A stretch of DNA of 60,708 bases, counting the filler, from Dimargaris cristalligena (lineage: Eukaryota), in assembly GCA_003614675.1 (NCBI GenBank). It is 4 parts of 4 records of this genome, joined end to end, with 100 filler letters (N's around TTAATTAATTAA, not from the genome) between each part and the next. Parts side by side here need not be neighbours in the genome. Positions count along the whole stretch, not along the records: positions 1 to 15,124 come from ML002910.1; 3 more parts are not named here. One strand, 5' to 3'. Positions within the stretch are counted from its first letter, which is position 1, and each line of letters opens with the position of its first letter. The notes beneath the pieces were generated by a model. It was not told the origin of the DNA. It searched no databases and worked only from the letters and a program-made list of their open reading frames with translations. Both the position numbers and the translations under genes were made by a program. Positions 1 to 12,625 of this stretch are shown piece after piece.

Positions 1-295
1 CTCTATTACAAGGGCACAACACTATTGGGGGTGATTATGAGAGTGAGTGGGGGAGATATCGTGAATATGCTAATACAACAAAACAAAAAAAGGGCCAATA
101 TACAAGGAACCAAGAAGATAGGCAAGAATAAGTAAGAGCGAGGGAACTACACCATGGGATAAGGCAGGTGATTTGACTGGCTTGGTATTGAGTACGGATG
201 CCAAGAGCCAGAGAGAAAGAGAGCGTCCAATTAAAATACACAGGGAGTAGAGGTGCTATAAATAGATTAAAGAAGAATAGGTGGATAACTATTAT

Positions 296-1570
296 TTAGT
301 CGCGCTGGGGCAGGTAGTGGTAGTGGTGTTGGCAATCGGAGCCGGCCTCGGAGTCCGAGCTGTAGTCGAAGTCGACCAGAGTGGCGGCAGGGCTAGGCTG
401 CGGCTGCTGCTGGAGGTAGTCCACGCAGACGGGGATGCTCTGAACCCAGGGGTCCAGCAGCAGCTCGGCGGTGGTGGGGCGGTCCAGGGGGTTGAGGGCC
501 AGCATGCGCTTGATAGTGGCCGCGGCCTGGGGCTTGTTGGCCATCCAGTGGTCAACGATGGCGTCCTTGTAGCACAGGTACATGCGGAAGTTGGGGTCGG
601 AGGAACGGGCCACCTCCCAGGGGAAGTGGTTGGACATCATGGACAACAGAATGACGGCCAAGGCCCACACGTCGGCCTTGCGCGGGTCGTACTCGTCGTT
701 GTGGAACACCTCGGGGGCAATGTAGGGGTCGGAGCCGCAGACGCCGCTGGCGGCGGGGGCGAAGCGGTCGAAGGCGGTGGTGCAACCAAAATCAATGATC
801 TTGACCTGGCCGGTTTCGGACAGGCACACATTGTCCAGCTTCAGGTCTCGGTGGGCCATGCCCTCGCTGTGCATGTGGTGAACACCGTGCAGCAGCTGGA
901 CGAAGTAGCAGTCAATGTCGGCGGGGGTGAGGGCACCCGATTCGACCATGTCGAACATGTCGCGCGGGCAGTATTCCATCACCGAGTAATAGGTGCCATT
1001 GGCCTCCTGCACGTAGTCAAAAGTGCGGATGATGTTGGGGTGCTGCAGGGCACGACCCAGCCGGGCCTCCTCCTCCAGGCGCTGCACCAGGTGGGTGGCG
1101 TGGGTGGGATTGGCGCTGGCGGCGGGCGAGAAGATTTTGACGGCGTAGGAGGGGGTGGGGGAGGAGTGGAAGGCATTGTAGTTGGGCTGATGGAGGTAGA
1201 CGGAGCCACCGGTGCCGGAGCCCAGGAGCCGCTCGGGGGCACCGTAGTGGGCCTGGATGTAGCCGGGGGAGGCCTGACGGATAGGGGACAGCCGAAGGGT
1301 GGGCACGGGGGAGGCGGGCTCAACCGTCGTGGTGGGGGTCGGCGACGGGGTGGTGGATTTGAGGGCGCGCTTGAAGAAGCCCTTGAGGGGGTTTATCGAA
1401 CGGGCCAGCTGGGAGGCGCGGGAAGGGGCCTTGGCGGGAGCCTCGGCCGAGCGGGGGTGGAGGGTGGGGGCACTGAACACATCGTAGTCACTCGAGTAGG
1501 TCGAGGAGGAAGACGACGAGCGACGGGCCGAGGTATTATATGTGGGGGCGGACAGCATAGTGACCGACAT
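296..1570 (-). CDS. Ser/Thr protein kinase, fungal HAL/NPR1-like family (single coding exon, 424 aa)
   Basis: Gly loop LGSGTGGSV, YAVKIF, HRDLKLDN, DFG, GSDPYIAPE and DVWA motifs; Ser/Pro-rich N-terminus typical of HAL/NPR kinases; coding-like GC bias. Confidence 0.93.
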   Translation of the reverse strand: MSVTMLSAPTYNTSARRSSSSSSTYSSDYDVFSAPTLHPRSAEAPAKAPSRASQLARSINPLKGFFKRALKSTTPSPTPTTTVEPASPVPTLRLSPIRQASPGYIQAHYGAPERLLGSGTGGSVYLHQPNYNAFHSSPTPSYAVKIFSPAASANPTHATHLVQRLEEEARLGRALQHPNIIRTFDYVQEANGTYYSVMEYCPRDMFDMVESGALTPADIDCYFVQLLHGVHHMHSEGMAHRDLKLDNVCLSETGQVKIIDFGCTTAFDRFAPAASGVCGSDPYIAPEVFHNDEYDPRKADVWALAVILLSMMSNHFPWEVARSSDPNFRMYLCYKDAIVDHWMANKPQAAATIKRMLALNPLDRPTTAELLLDPWVQSIPVCVDYLQQQPQPSPAATLVDFDYSSDSEAGSDCQHHYHYLPQRD

Positions 1571-1961
1571 GGTGAGAGCGGAAGTTTATAATATGTAACT
1601 GCCAAAGGGGGAAAAGGGAGGGGATTACAAGTCCGAATGAAATAATGGGCGGCAGGAACAATTAAATAAAGGAAAGGATCGACTGTCCTATAAGGTGAGT
1701 GGGGGTTGCTACGATGGTAGGAGTGGCAAAGGGTTATATATATAAGCCGGGTCGAGCTGCGGATGGAAACAAAACAGGCTCGGGTGAAGGGAATTAAGCA
1801 AAGGAGACAAGCAAGAGTTTAATTGAAGGGGCGATTAAATAAAATAGGTACACGGGCAGACTATATATGGACAGGCCAGGAGAGTGAGAGACAAGAGAGA
1901 GGGGAAAGGGATAGAGAGGGCAAGCTGAAATGATGAGTTTTTAAGGTGGGGCGGAGGCCGG

Positions 1962-1969
1962 TATTTATA
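1962..1969 (-). promoter_or_regulatory. Putative TATA box of the kinase gene
   Basis: TATAAATA on the minus strand ~390 nt upstream of the ATG, followed by a pyrimidine-rich leader. Confidence 0.4.
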
Positions 1970-2440
1970 TTCCAGACCAAGGGAGCCCACCGCATACACG
2001 GACCATAGTAATATACAGTAGAGGAAGAAAACCAGTATCTTCATCCAACCCGCGGCTATTGCGATCGGCCTATCCCACCAAGCCACCCTCCACTGCCTTC
2101 TTTCTGGGTGTCTCAGGGGCCACGGCCAGAAAGATAGGGAGGGTGCGTCTTTTTTTTCTTCTGGCCTGTTCGCTGATGATGATGCATCTAGGAAAGAAAA
2201 GGGGGACACACCCTTCTCCCCTTACCGGGGTGGGGACCCCGGTCCTTCGCCCATAAATTTCTCACCCAGCCACCCTCCCTTTCTTTCTTTCTTCCCACCA
2301 CCCTTCTTCCGGGGGGGGGGTTGCTTTGGTCTATTGCCGCCACACCCAACCGCCGATGGAACAACGCCCAGACCAACGACGGTATTTCGGCACACCCTTC
2401 CTTTTGGCTATCTTTCGGGCGACTTTTATAGTTAGATGTG

Positions 2441-2570
2441 TATGGGTGAAGTTCGGCGCAGTTGTATAGGGTTTTGAATAATATGTGTATGGGATAGTCA
2501 TGTTTAACCAGTAATATTCGCCTCATCCAACGGATTTTTTGTTATACGGTCTGGTTGAATCTTTCCCATA
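2441..2570 (-). mobile_element. MITE-like interspersed repeat, copy 1 (130 bp variant)
   Basis: Reverse complement of 5558-5687 with about 6 mismatches; ends TATGGG...CCCATA; core GCCTCATCCAACGGATT. Confidence 0.75.
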
Positions 2571-5335
2571 TTATCCCACACCACACACGTACACTTTTAC
2601 CTACAAACCGGTGTGATTAGTAAGTTTTCCCGGCCTTTTTCCGCCAACCAGCAGCGAAGGCCCGAGTACCTTGCCACCCTCCGTCCGTCCAATCCACTGC
2701 TCCGTAGACCAGCCAAAGACCCCGTGCGCTGTTCGTCCACCCCACAAAACAGTTAGGGTCTACTATAGCCGTCTAAAAGCCAATCCGGCCCTTCCTCCTC
2801 GCTTGATGGGCAGCTTCGGTCCGTTTTATTATACCGAAGGTGTGATGGGGAAAAGGTGGCGGGGCTGCGAAGTCTTCATTAAAGCCGTTTTATATGTTAT
2901 TCTTCTTCGCGGCGCGGCCCTTGCAGCCTACCGCCGCACCGTAGGAGTTCTCCGCTATACCCCCTTCCCCCAGCGGAATCACCTATTTCTTTGTTTATCT
3001 CCCCTTCTACCCCGCCGAACCTGGACCGTTAGGTTAGGATTAACCGCGAGGCCTTCTGATAGCTCTTTGTTGGCCTGGTCGTCCGAGGGAAAAGGACCTA
3101 TAGTCAGAAACTATTCATCACCTATGCAGGCCAAGTTCCTGCATTCTCATACCCATACGCCATATCGACCACGGCCAAAAGAGGGGAGCGGAGAGAGAAG
3201 GAAAGCAAGGGCTCGATAGTCCCTTAAGTTCACCTCCCTCTATCGGTGCGATAATTGATTCCCGAATTCCGGGCGAAGTATTAGGACCCTGGTTAAACCT
3301 TAATGACTGGTCGTCGCCTTGGGATTCGGGGTTCCCATGGCCCCCCAGTCTTGCTATTTAAAGATAAGCGGGAAACCCTGTCCTCTTTCGAACCATGCCC
3401 GCGAATACAGCCTGTGCAGGGTACAATGGTATAATAGCTATGTACGGCAGGCTATTCTATCAAACAACCCCTTTGCGCGGCAATTGCCTTGGATAGTAAT
3501 CCGACTTAATCCCCCGGCCCAGACTCTATTGTTCTACACCCAAAGTCTACGCCCAACCCCTCTATATCCCCCATCCACCTTCACCACCAACTCATATATA
3601 TATATATTCCCCCTTCTTATACGACTATCCCGACTGCAGGAGGGGGGAGAGAATAGGGTATATTTGTTATGGCCCTCTCACCACTGCCTCTCATTTTATC
3701 CTCCACCACCGCTGCTGTCTATCATGCTCATTAGCACCTTGAATTGTTCCTAACTTCCAACCATTCCATTCTCCCTGGTGAGTCGATTCAGCTAATCACG
3801 CTGGTCATGCTAAACAAACCAATACATCATCCCCAACTATTTACGCCAGGAACAATAAAAACCACCCTGGAAGACCGGGTTGAGTCAACGACTCTATACT
3901 ATCCTTCCACCCCCACGGCCGTCGCCTGTGAAGGATTGAGTTTCCCCAGACCTTTCCATTAATATATCCTTACATGCATTACTCGATTCTTCTCAGTTAT
4001 AACCCCTCTTCCTCCTTCCTAGTAAAAGAGAAAGCCACTGGTGCCAATTAGGCCAGGCTAGCGTAAGTACTCTTTGTCCGCTCCTTACAGCAAAAACGCC
4101 TTGGGAAATCGTAACGCTTTTTTTCCGTAACTGAGTCAGAGTCCAACAGGCTCTTCCTTTCCCTCTTTCTGCTTCCTCCATTGCGCCCACACTGTATTTA
4201 TAAGCAGTTTTTGAATGGCGCAGCTTTCCTTTCACTATTATTATTAATATTATGACCCTTCCCCGTTAAACTATGGGGGCATTGCTAGCCTTTGGAATCG
4301 AAGGGGTTATATAGGCACACTCGCTTGTTCTTTTTAGAAGGCACATGCCAACAAGGGTATACTGAACTGGCTAATTGCCGTGCTGGATGATGATGATGAT
4401 GATAATTATAATGGGGTGATGTACACACACGCACATTCGCCCACCGAACTAAAAATGGGGAGGGGGAGATATAGAATAGAGTCACGCGCAAAGGAGACAC
4501 CACCTTCATCTTCTAGTATAAAAAGCCCTGGTAGGTAGTTTATTGGCTTGCCAGGGATCCTTCTATATTACATACGCGTAATCGGTTGGCTGGATCATTT
4601 TAACCGGTTGTAACGATTGGAAGAAATGGATGAGCCAGCCTCTCTTTCTACACCCATACTGCGCCATACATGGAAAATGGGTTGCTGGATTTATTGAGTC
4701 AGCGGTGGTGCTTCAGTACCTTTCCTTCCATTCATCTATATATCACCACCTCCCCTTTCTTAACCTATCGAATCGAGCACATGAAAGGATCCCTAGGAAA
4801 CCGGGAATCAACCCAAGGAGGCGCTGACCAAAGCGGGACAGGGACCAATAGATAACGCCCGGCGGAAATCGTAATTTTAATGAAACCGGGATTAGAGATG
4901 CTATGACTGGTTGGGTGATAGTTGAGGCCGCCCCGGCCAAGCCTTGCGCTGATTATTTTTGGGGGATTACGTATGACATGTTATATAGAGAATGGGCCGC
5001 TTTCCTATCTCTCGGGATTGGCTTGGAAGCCTCATCAAGGAGAGAGTGTGAAGGAAATAATAATACAAAAGAAGAAAATAATAAAAGGTTGGCGCCAAAC
5101 AGCCACTGAGCAAATCTGTCAAACGTACTCTCTCAATCTCCCTTTATCCCAAGTCTCAGGAATGCCAAGCATTTGGAGCTTTTTTTATCACCTACATCCC
5201 ACGAGAGCTAACCATACCTCCTTCACTCCCAATCTATTCAATACACTAACCCCGCTTTAGGATTCTATTTCTCCTTCCTACCCTTTTCCCTTTCCTTTGG
5301 TCCACAAGTCCGAGCTGGTACAGTATACTAAAGAT

Positions 5336-5338
<3 letters not shown>

Positions 5339-5367
<29 letters not shown>
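5339..5367. repeat. (AT)n microsatellite
   Basis: About 14 AT units seen directly. Confidence 0.9.
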
Positions 5368-5371
<4 letters not shown>

Positions 5372-5557
5372 CGCCAAGCCCGTCTGGTTACGTCGTAGCC
5401 ACTACAGTTCCGGCCATGTCGTACTCGGTCACTCATTTATTTACCCGTACAACCGCTTGGCACAGGAACAATGCCATGTACTCCGGGATCATCGTACGTT
5501 TGGGTATTAATAGATAGCCGGAAGAGCGTTATCCCCATTTTAGACTAGCAATGAACA

Positions 5558-5687
5558 TATGGGAAAGGTTCAACCAGACTGTATAACAAGCAATCCGTTG
5601 GATGAGGCGAATATTACTGGTTAAACATGACTATCCCATACACATATTATTCAAAACCCTATACAACTGCACCGAATTTCACCCATA
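5558..5687 (+). mobile_element. MITE-like interspersed repeat, copy 2 (130 bp variant)
   Basis: Starts TATGGGAAAGGTTC and ends GAATTTCACCCATA (imperfect inverted termini); core AATCCGTTGGATGAGGC. Confidence 0.75.
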
Positions 5688-8600
5688 TAGTGGACCGGCC
5701 CACAACGCGCAGCCTTGGGGTTCGGCTATTCCAACAATACCAGAAGATTGGGGGATCCCGTTAACCAGTCGTGTAATATTAATGTAAGGTTAACCCCCTT
5801 TTAGTGGAAATGTAGAGGTGGTGGGGGTGGGGGTCTAAAAAATACCAGTGATACAACAATGGGGTAGTTGCGGAAGACTTTGCTAGTCACCCCATTTATT
5901 TATCTTTCATTGACTGATTGGTATATATGTAGATATAGATTAAATACTTAAAGTCAAAAACAGTGTACTCTGGATTCTAACCCCCCATCACCCACATCAC
6001 TCAGTGTATAAAAAATAACTCTATATAACAAATTATAAATGCCTTCCAGCCAGAAAATAGGTTAGAGAGAAAGGGTTCTTGCACCTCGTCCCCCGAATTT
6101 AACACCCTCCCCATCACTTGACCGCCACAGCCCCTGATGACCGACTCATTCCCAAGTTTTTTAGGGAATTTCTACTTCGAACAGCGACCCCTGACGGAGG
6201 TGGCAACTCAGCGGTAAGCCGTGCGGCCTGTCTCCCTCTCTCTCCCCTTTTTCCGCCCACCCACCCGGTGATCAGGGTTCGAGACTCCGGGATCTTCCGA
6301 TGAGCCGACCCAGAGATAGGGTGGTAATAAGATGGGGTAGAGTAGGATGGGCCCATGGCATAGGCATTCATTGTCAAGCGGACCTGTAGGCCCGCTCAGG
6401 GGTAAACTGATTGAGAGGACGACAGCAAAAATAAAATAAAAAGGGGGGAGACTATCAATAAGTGGGCCAAAGTGAGGGTATCTGTGTAATGGTGCGAAAA
6501 GAAGAGAATCGGAAATCCAACGGAGAGGGGGGGGTAATGGAAGACCTCGGCGATATTCCGAGAATGTCTATCACCACTAATCCCCAATCGGACTGCCTCG
6601 TCGTCGTAGTAAATCAATTCGGAGAGTTGCTGATGGAGTGGAGTGGAGTGGAGTTGGTCTTTCGAATCTCTCCCTAACCTAAGCTATCGGCATAACTCAA
6701 TCACTAGGCCTATTATCCGGCTCTTCTGACCGTCACACCCCCTTCCTATCCCTTCTCTCACCCTCTCCTGGACCGCAATCATAAGTCCTTCATTTGACTC
6801 GTCCGACCGTCTGACCGTTGGTCAACGGATTGGTAAGGTCATATATGCAAAGCATTCTTTATAGCCTAGCTGGCATGAGTCGAGGGAATACTCCACTTTA
6901 ATCATTCGCACACCCACCACCGACACACAGACCCACCTAATCTCTCCAATGTCGCCGCTATCCAAACCAGAGAGAGATTCATTCATTCCGGAGTTTCTTT
7001 CGTACTTTCCTTCCATTCTTGCGGCGTATTGTCTCCCCCCCCCTTTTCGGGTTTCAGATTCGCTCATGTCCGACGCCAGTTTATTTACTTCTATTTTCCC
7101 TCTGAAATACTATCCGACCGGGGACGGACTTAGACGGCCTGTCTCACCCCTTGCTATACTCCTTCTCCCCATTCATTCGTATATTCAGTCACATTCATTT
7201 GCTCTAAACGACGACGATGGGGACGACGGTCCAAAGGCCCCAGCGCGGGTTCTTCTATCCGTTCGATTCACTGGAGGGAAGGGGTTCGGTCAGAACTGTG
7301 TACAAGAAGTGGTGGTCCACAACGCTCGAGGGGCGAGTAGTGCCACCTAATTAGCCTCCTGCTCCTTGGTAGAGGCGCACAAGCAATCAATCCTGTAGAT
7401 AGACGGGGTGGGCTTTTTACGATGCTTTCTCTAACCTGGTCACTCTGGGAGGGTCGCGCTATATACTGTAGCGTGCTTGACTATAAAATTCTAACTTGCT
7501 TATCAGTTAAGGTAGATTATATTCGACAGTATCCATTTCTAGGAGATTCAATGGCGTATCCCATCTCCACTTCCCCTCTCTCTCTCTCTACCTCGCAGAC
7601 CGACCGTCGGGGTGAGATGTCCCGCCGCCTGCCAAACCCTAGCTCACTTCCACTTTCGGGATTGGTATCGGCCAATTAGAATCGATCTCCTTCCTTACTG
7701 TCACTCTTTTCCTTTGAACGTTTCTGTCAAAAACCATCAATTGAATAAAGAGTTAGAGGGCCATATAATGTCTTTCCCCTTTCTTTCCCTTCCCTGCCTT
7801 CCATCCATCCATCCTTCCGTTTCCCCTTTTTTAAAATGACAACCTGGTCTATTCTTGCAACAGGTTGGCTTGTCCTTTTAGGATTTCCCAGCCGCAAATA
7901 TTCTGAAGTGGAGGATAGTGGTTCGGAATACCATTTAGTCATTGTGCTGTGGCTTGCAGGTTATTGTGGCAGGGTATCGCAGAGGGAGGGAGGGTCAAGG
8001 GGAAGGAGGATCCAGGCAGTTATTGAGGCGCTGCTAAGGAGCCACCGTATGTCCCTCCCCCCTTCTCTTCCTCCCACCCACCCTCCTTTGCCATCTCTAC
8101 ACTCGCATCTATGGCTATATCCATCTATCTCAAACACCAGCAATCCTGCCTTCCGATTAGCCCAGTCTTCCTTACTTGCAAGTTGGGATGGGGTGCAGAA
8201 TCCAGCGATCGTACATGCTAATTTAAGCTGTACCACCCTCCCCCCCATCTTTCATTTACTTTAATAATATGAGGGGGGAGGGTGTTGTTAGCTTCGGGTT
8301 TCTTATTTGGTGAAACCGGCCCATATGCAAGAGGGTTATCGATCTTAAATACCCACCTTTATGTAGCCGGCTTAACATTAACCGCTGCTGGGCCGACCAG
8401 TCATACATGATGGAGTGTTTATTCCTATATTAAACGCGTCCTGTCGGAAGAACCGACCGACTTTCCAGTGGATATGGTTTGCCTCCATAGAAACCACACC
8501 ACTCCACTCTACTGAATCTGAGGAGAAGCAGGTGGTAAAGTAGATAAGAAGGAGGAGGCGTACTATACTAGACCTATTAGATACGGGTCGTTTTTAACTG

Positions 8601-11600
8601 GATGATCGCTGGTGAACTGAATGGGTGACGGTGCTTAAAATGGGGTGGAAAAGGGACAGGGTAGGCGCGCAATACGATATGGGAGAATTGCAATAGTACC
8701 TGCCCCAATCCATCTCCTTCACCACTGCCAACTGGGTCGGCGCTGGCTTACCTTAATTTGGCGTCGATGCCAATCCCGAAGTGGGGACTGCTGCCAACGG
8801 CGGCCATCAGTTATTTTCAGAGGTACTTTAGGTCATTGAAGTTTCCCGCCCCCTTCTTCCCTCCTTTCCTTCCTCTCCCCGTGTATTGTCAGCTATATGG
8901 GATGATATAATGCCATTCCATTTTTCTAGTTTCAAGCATCTACTGTTCCTCCACCCCACCCCATCGCTGCAGCGATATATTATAGTATAAACCTACCAAT
9001 TAAATGAACTCGCTGGGAAATGGGTGGTATATAGGCTCATCATGTACACCCAATAGTGCACCCGCGCTTCTAAAAATCCACATCACCCACATCCAACAAG
9101 CACCGCTCTCTCACTCTCTCTCCCTCCTATCCTCCCTCCATTGTTATACATCCCCCCTGATTGTTTCAGACTTACGCCAAAGCCCAACTGCAATCACTAT
9201 TGGCCATCTGCAGCCTTGTTTAAAAGCCGACGGATGTGTGCTCCGCTGCGACCTTTACTAAAGAGTACATGAACTCTCTCACCCACTATCCATATCCACA
9301 TCGCCCCATCTCCGCTTAATCCACCCAGACCCATATAGGGGTGATGCTACAAGAAGGCGATGGAGTGAATGAATGAGAGAATAGGTTGCATAATTGAAAA
9401 TGGCCGGTTCTGATCTACAGGAAGGTAGGAAAGAAGGAAGGAAGGGAGAAAGCGAGAGAGGCTCAGTTTCACCGCCACTGAATTGCCCCCGTTCGGCCGT
9501 TGGAGTGAAGGGCTTACATGGGAGACACGACGACTCGATTCAGATCAGCCCAATTCAACGGGGCCTAGCCGAACACAGCGGGGCAGGACATTGCATTACA
9601 GGACTGGACTGGACAGGGCAGTACTTCCGGCCTGCATGTTGAATTTCGGAACCGACTGGGCCTAAGGCAACGCCACAATTATTTTTGCCTCACGTAAGTG
9701 TATGTGGGGTGTCCGGTTGCTTGGGAACCCGCAGGGCGGTGTGATGTTAGATTGGGATCTGTTTTTTTTTTCATTTCTACTATTTTCTCTTTTCGTTTAA
9801 GGGGGAGGGTACTATTATAAACTAATGGCCAGTCGGCTTCGTTGGAAGCTGAAAATTTTAGGGGGTATAGAGTGCGAAGGTATGGGAAAGGGGGGGGTGG
9901 TCGAACGACTGTGTGAGAGATTCGGGTAGCCGAGGGATGCACCGCTGCTATTACTGTAACGGGTGGTAAACATGGCTTCCGCATCGACCAAATACGTACG
10001 CTATGTTTACCGACCACGTTCGTCGAGTTAGTATGGACCATAGTTGGATTCGATAATAATAGTGAATGTGAGTATAGAGGGAGTGGAGGGGGGTGACGGT
10101 AGTGGTTACGGCAATAATAAAAATGTCCCTGGCTAATCCATTAGTACGCCCTGAATATCTCGTGTGGAAATTTTAGGTTAGCGAAAGTTTGTATGATGGT
10201 AAATCATTTTCGGGCTTCTCGTTTCCGCCCCCTTCTAACCACTCCCCTCCCCTCCGCTCGCAATCCTGTTTTTACGGTTAATCTCCACAGTCCACGGGCT
10301 ATACTTCATGTTTCCCTCTCGATTGACTGCCCCTATGCGTGGTAGTCGCCACCCTTCCCTTCATCCCTTACGTGTATTCCGCAAATAGGATTTAGGCCTG
10401 CCCTCCTACTCCTACCTCCTTCCTTTCGGCTTGCTCCCTCGGATCTATTTTAAGGTCGGTAGATCTTATACACTGTAAAGGCTTTCGCATGGCAGTTTCA
10501 TGTATAGAAAGAGAGAGGGAGAGAGCAACCCAGTTTCGTGGTTTGAATAACAAGAGATATACAAATTGATCATTAACCGATTGCGCAAATCAAATGCATC
10601 GGAATTAATTAATGAAGACGCTCTCGTATTTGTATTTGTATTGGTGTAGGTTGCAATGTGTGTGAGGGCGGAATTGGTAAATTAGAAGGTAGGATATGCG
10701 GATGTATAGACTAATAGTGGTGGTAAATCGCTGGAGAGAATCTGGATGTAAAAATTATTCATGAACCACCAATTGAACCTAAGGTTGAATTAGCGCGTCT
10801 GCGCGCCCGCGTAGGCGTCCAAAACCAATAATAATTTAATATACCCCGACTGTTCATTCTTCCAAGTAGGGCTTCGGGGATTATACGATGCCGCCTTTTT
10901 CATCAACGTCGGACCTTAGTAGACGCTGCGTAACCCAAGGGTAAGTGGCGTAAATAATAAAGCGGTACGAAGGGGAGGGAATATACACCCGACTGTATAT
11001 GTGTGTGTACAAACAATTCAGCCGGTCGAAACAGGCTGGCCTGGCTAATTATATATTTAAGGGTGGTGTTGGAGTGAGGGAATGAGTACGGCATAGTCTT
11101 CTCTATACTGGTTACGGAAACGGTGAAAACGGTTGTATTAATGGAATGAGGGAGAGGGGCGCTCATTAACCGTACGGTCCAATAATACTTTCTACATGTT
11201 TTGTTGTGTTCACTACTGTTTGCTTATGACACGTGTTTGCGGGTGACGAGGTAGCTTAGTGAAATGGGTGCGTGCGTGTGTGCCAGTGTATGTGTAGGAG
11301 TAGTTTACTGCGAGGCAGCGAGATGGATACAACATCCCGTGGCCAACAGGCCCCCTAAACTAAACATCAGACCCAGTCAGTTCTGCTGAATCCGGGAACA
11401 TAGGTCAGGTCCCCCATTGTTCACGGGTAAGTTCCGAGGCCAATTGGGAGCTACACTTGGCCTGCACTTCCGCTCGGCCACGCTTTCTGGTGGCTTTTTT
11501 TTAGGACCCTCCCTCTCCTCTTCTTCAATTGTGGTCAGTGGTGACACCCTGGGGTTTTCTTCCTGCCCACCTTACCCACTCCCACCCCCGGCGGTAGGCC

Positions 11601-12582
11601 AATGTGACCTAGACACGGGACCGCGTGCCAGCTCCGCTATGCAGTTACCACCCAGACCACATACATATCAGTAGATATGGTGAGAGGCTCGGCCCAACGG
11701 GATGCGTGGCCTCTTGCCCTTCCGTTCTCAACAAAACCCCCCCCATCCCAGTCCCACATACACAAACACAAACACACACACAAGCCGTTGAAAAGGCATG
11801 CTCCTCTGACCCAATCCTATGGGACAGAGGAAGTCCTCGTGGAGGTGCCTGAAGTCGCACCCGCTACCGGCAGGAACGGGACCCACCGGTAGAACATTAT
11901 GGTTAATACACTTGGCCATGGCCATGCGCAACAATATTATAAAAAAGCAACAATGGGTCTGGCGGGAAGCAGGATATGCGACCATGGGGCATAGCGTAGG
12001 CGGGTGGGGTGTACGATGAATGTCCGATAAAGCCAGTCGGCGAGCCTAGGGAACGAACCAGGGCAATGTGGGTAACCCCATTCAACTCCTCCTGCTTAAT
12101 TTCTTCTTCTAAGCTCTATTAGTCCCTTAAGTATAGGGGAATTACCTGCATTTCTAGGGCCCAGTGCCCCTATAGGTATTTCGGAGTCAGCATGGGGGCT
12201 CTGTTCCGTATTTGGGCTATCGAGGAGATTCGTTTCTGAACAGTTTCCCCTAATCCTATTGCTGGAACCTAGGGTATTGGCCGCAGCGACCGTGACCTGG
12301 GGGGGGGTCTGCTATCACGCGGTAGCCCCTTTAATAAATACCACCCTTATTTTACTTGTTGACGTACAGCAACTATCTCCTTACCTATCTAGACCCCCTT
12401 TTCGGGGATTTTGGTCAAAATGCCCTCTCTCCTTCCTACCCCCCAGAATATTAAAACCGATGAAACCAAGCGTCACGTGGTTTAGGGTATTTGGGGACAC
12501 CCGGGCATCCTGTCCCTACCCTTTTGTGACACTAATGTGGATACCTCCAAGATTCCGATCCACATTGATTCTCAGATCATTT

Positions 12583-12625
12583 ATTATATTATATTATCTA
12601 TTCTATTCTATTCTATTATATTCTA
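12583..12625. repeat. Degenerate pentanucleotide repeat (ATTAT/ATTCT)n
   Basis: attatattatattatctattctattctattctattatattcta seen directly. Confidence 0.6.

Noticed and set aside
281..1591. 436-aa plus-strand ORF overlapping the kinase
   Set aside because: Antisense shadow of a GC3-rich gene; no motifs. The same applies to the antisense ORFs over MSF1, STE24, SRP54 and MRPS8.
2188..5787. Two ORFs starting MRRILLVKHDYPIHILFKTLYNC, suggesting duplicated small proteins
   Set aside because: Similarity ends at the repeat boundary and other copies do not keep the frame; a by-product of the MITE-like repeat.
11819..12019. ORF with GTGPTG and GHSVGG, resembling FAD-binding and lipase motifs
   Set aside because: Short, the two motifs belong to unrelated folds, and there is no supporting exon structure; probably chance.
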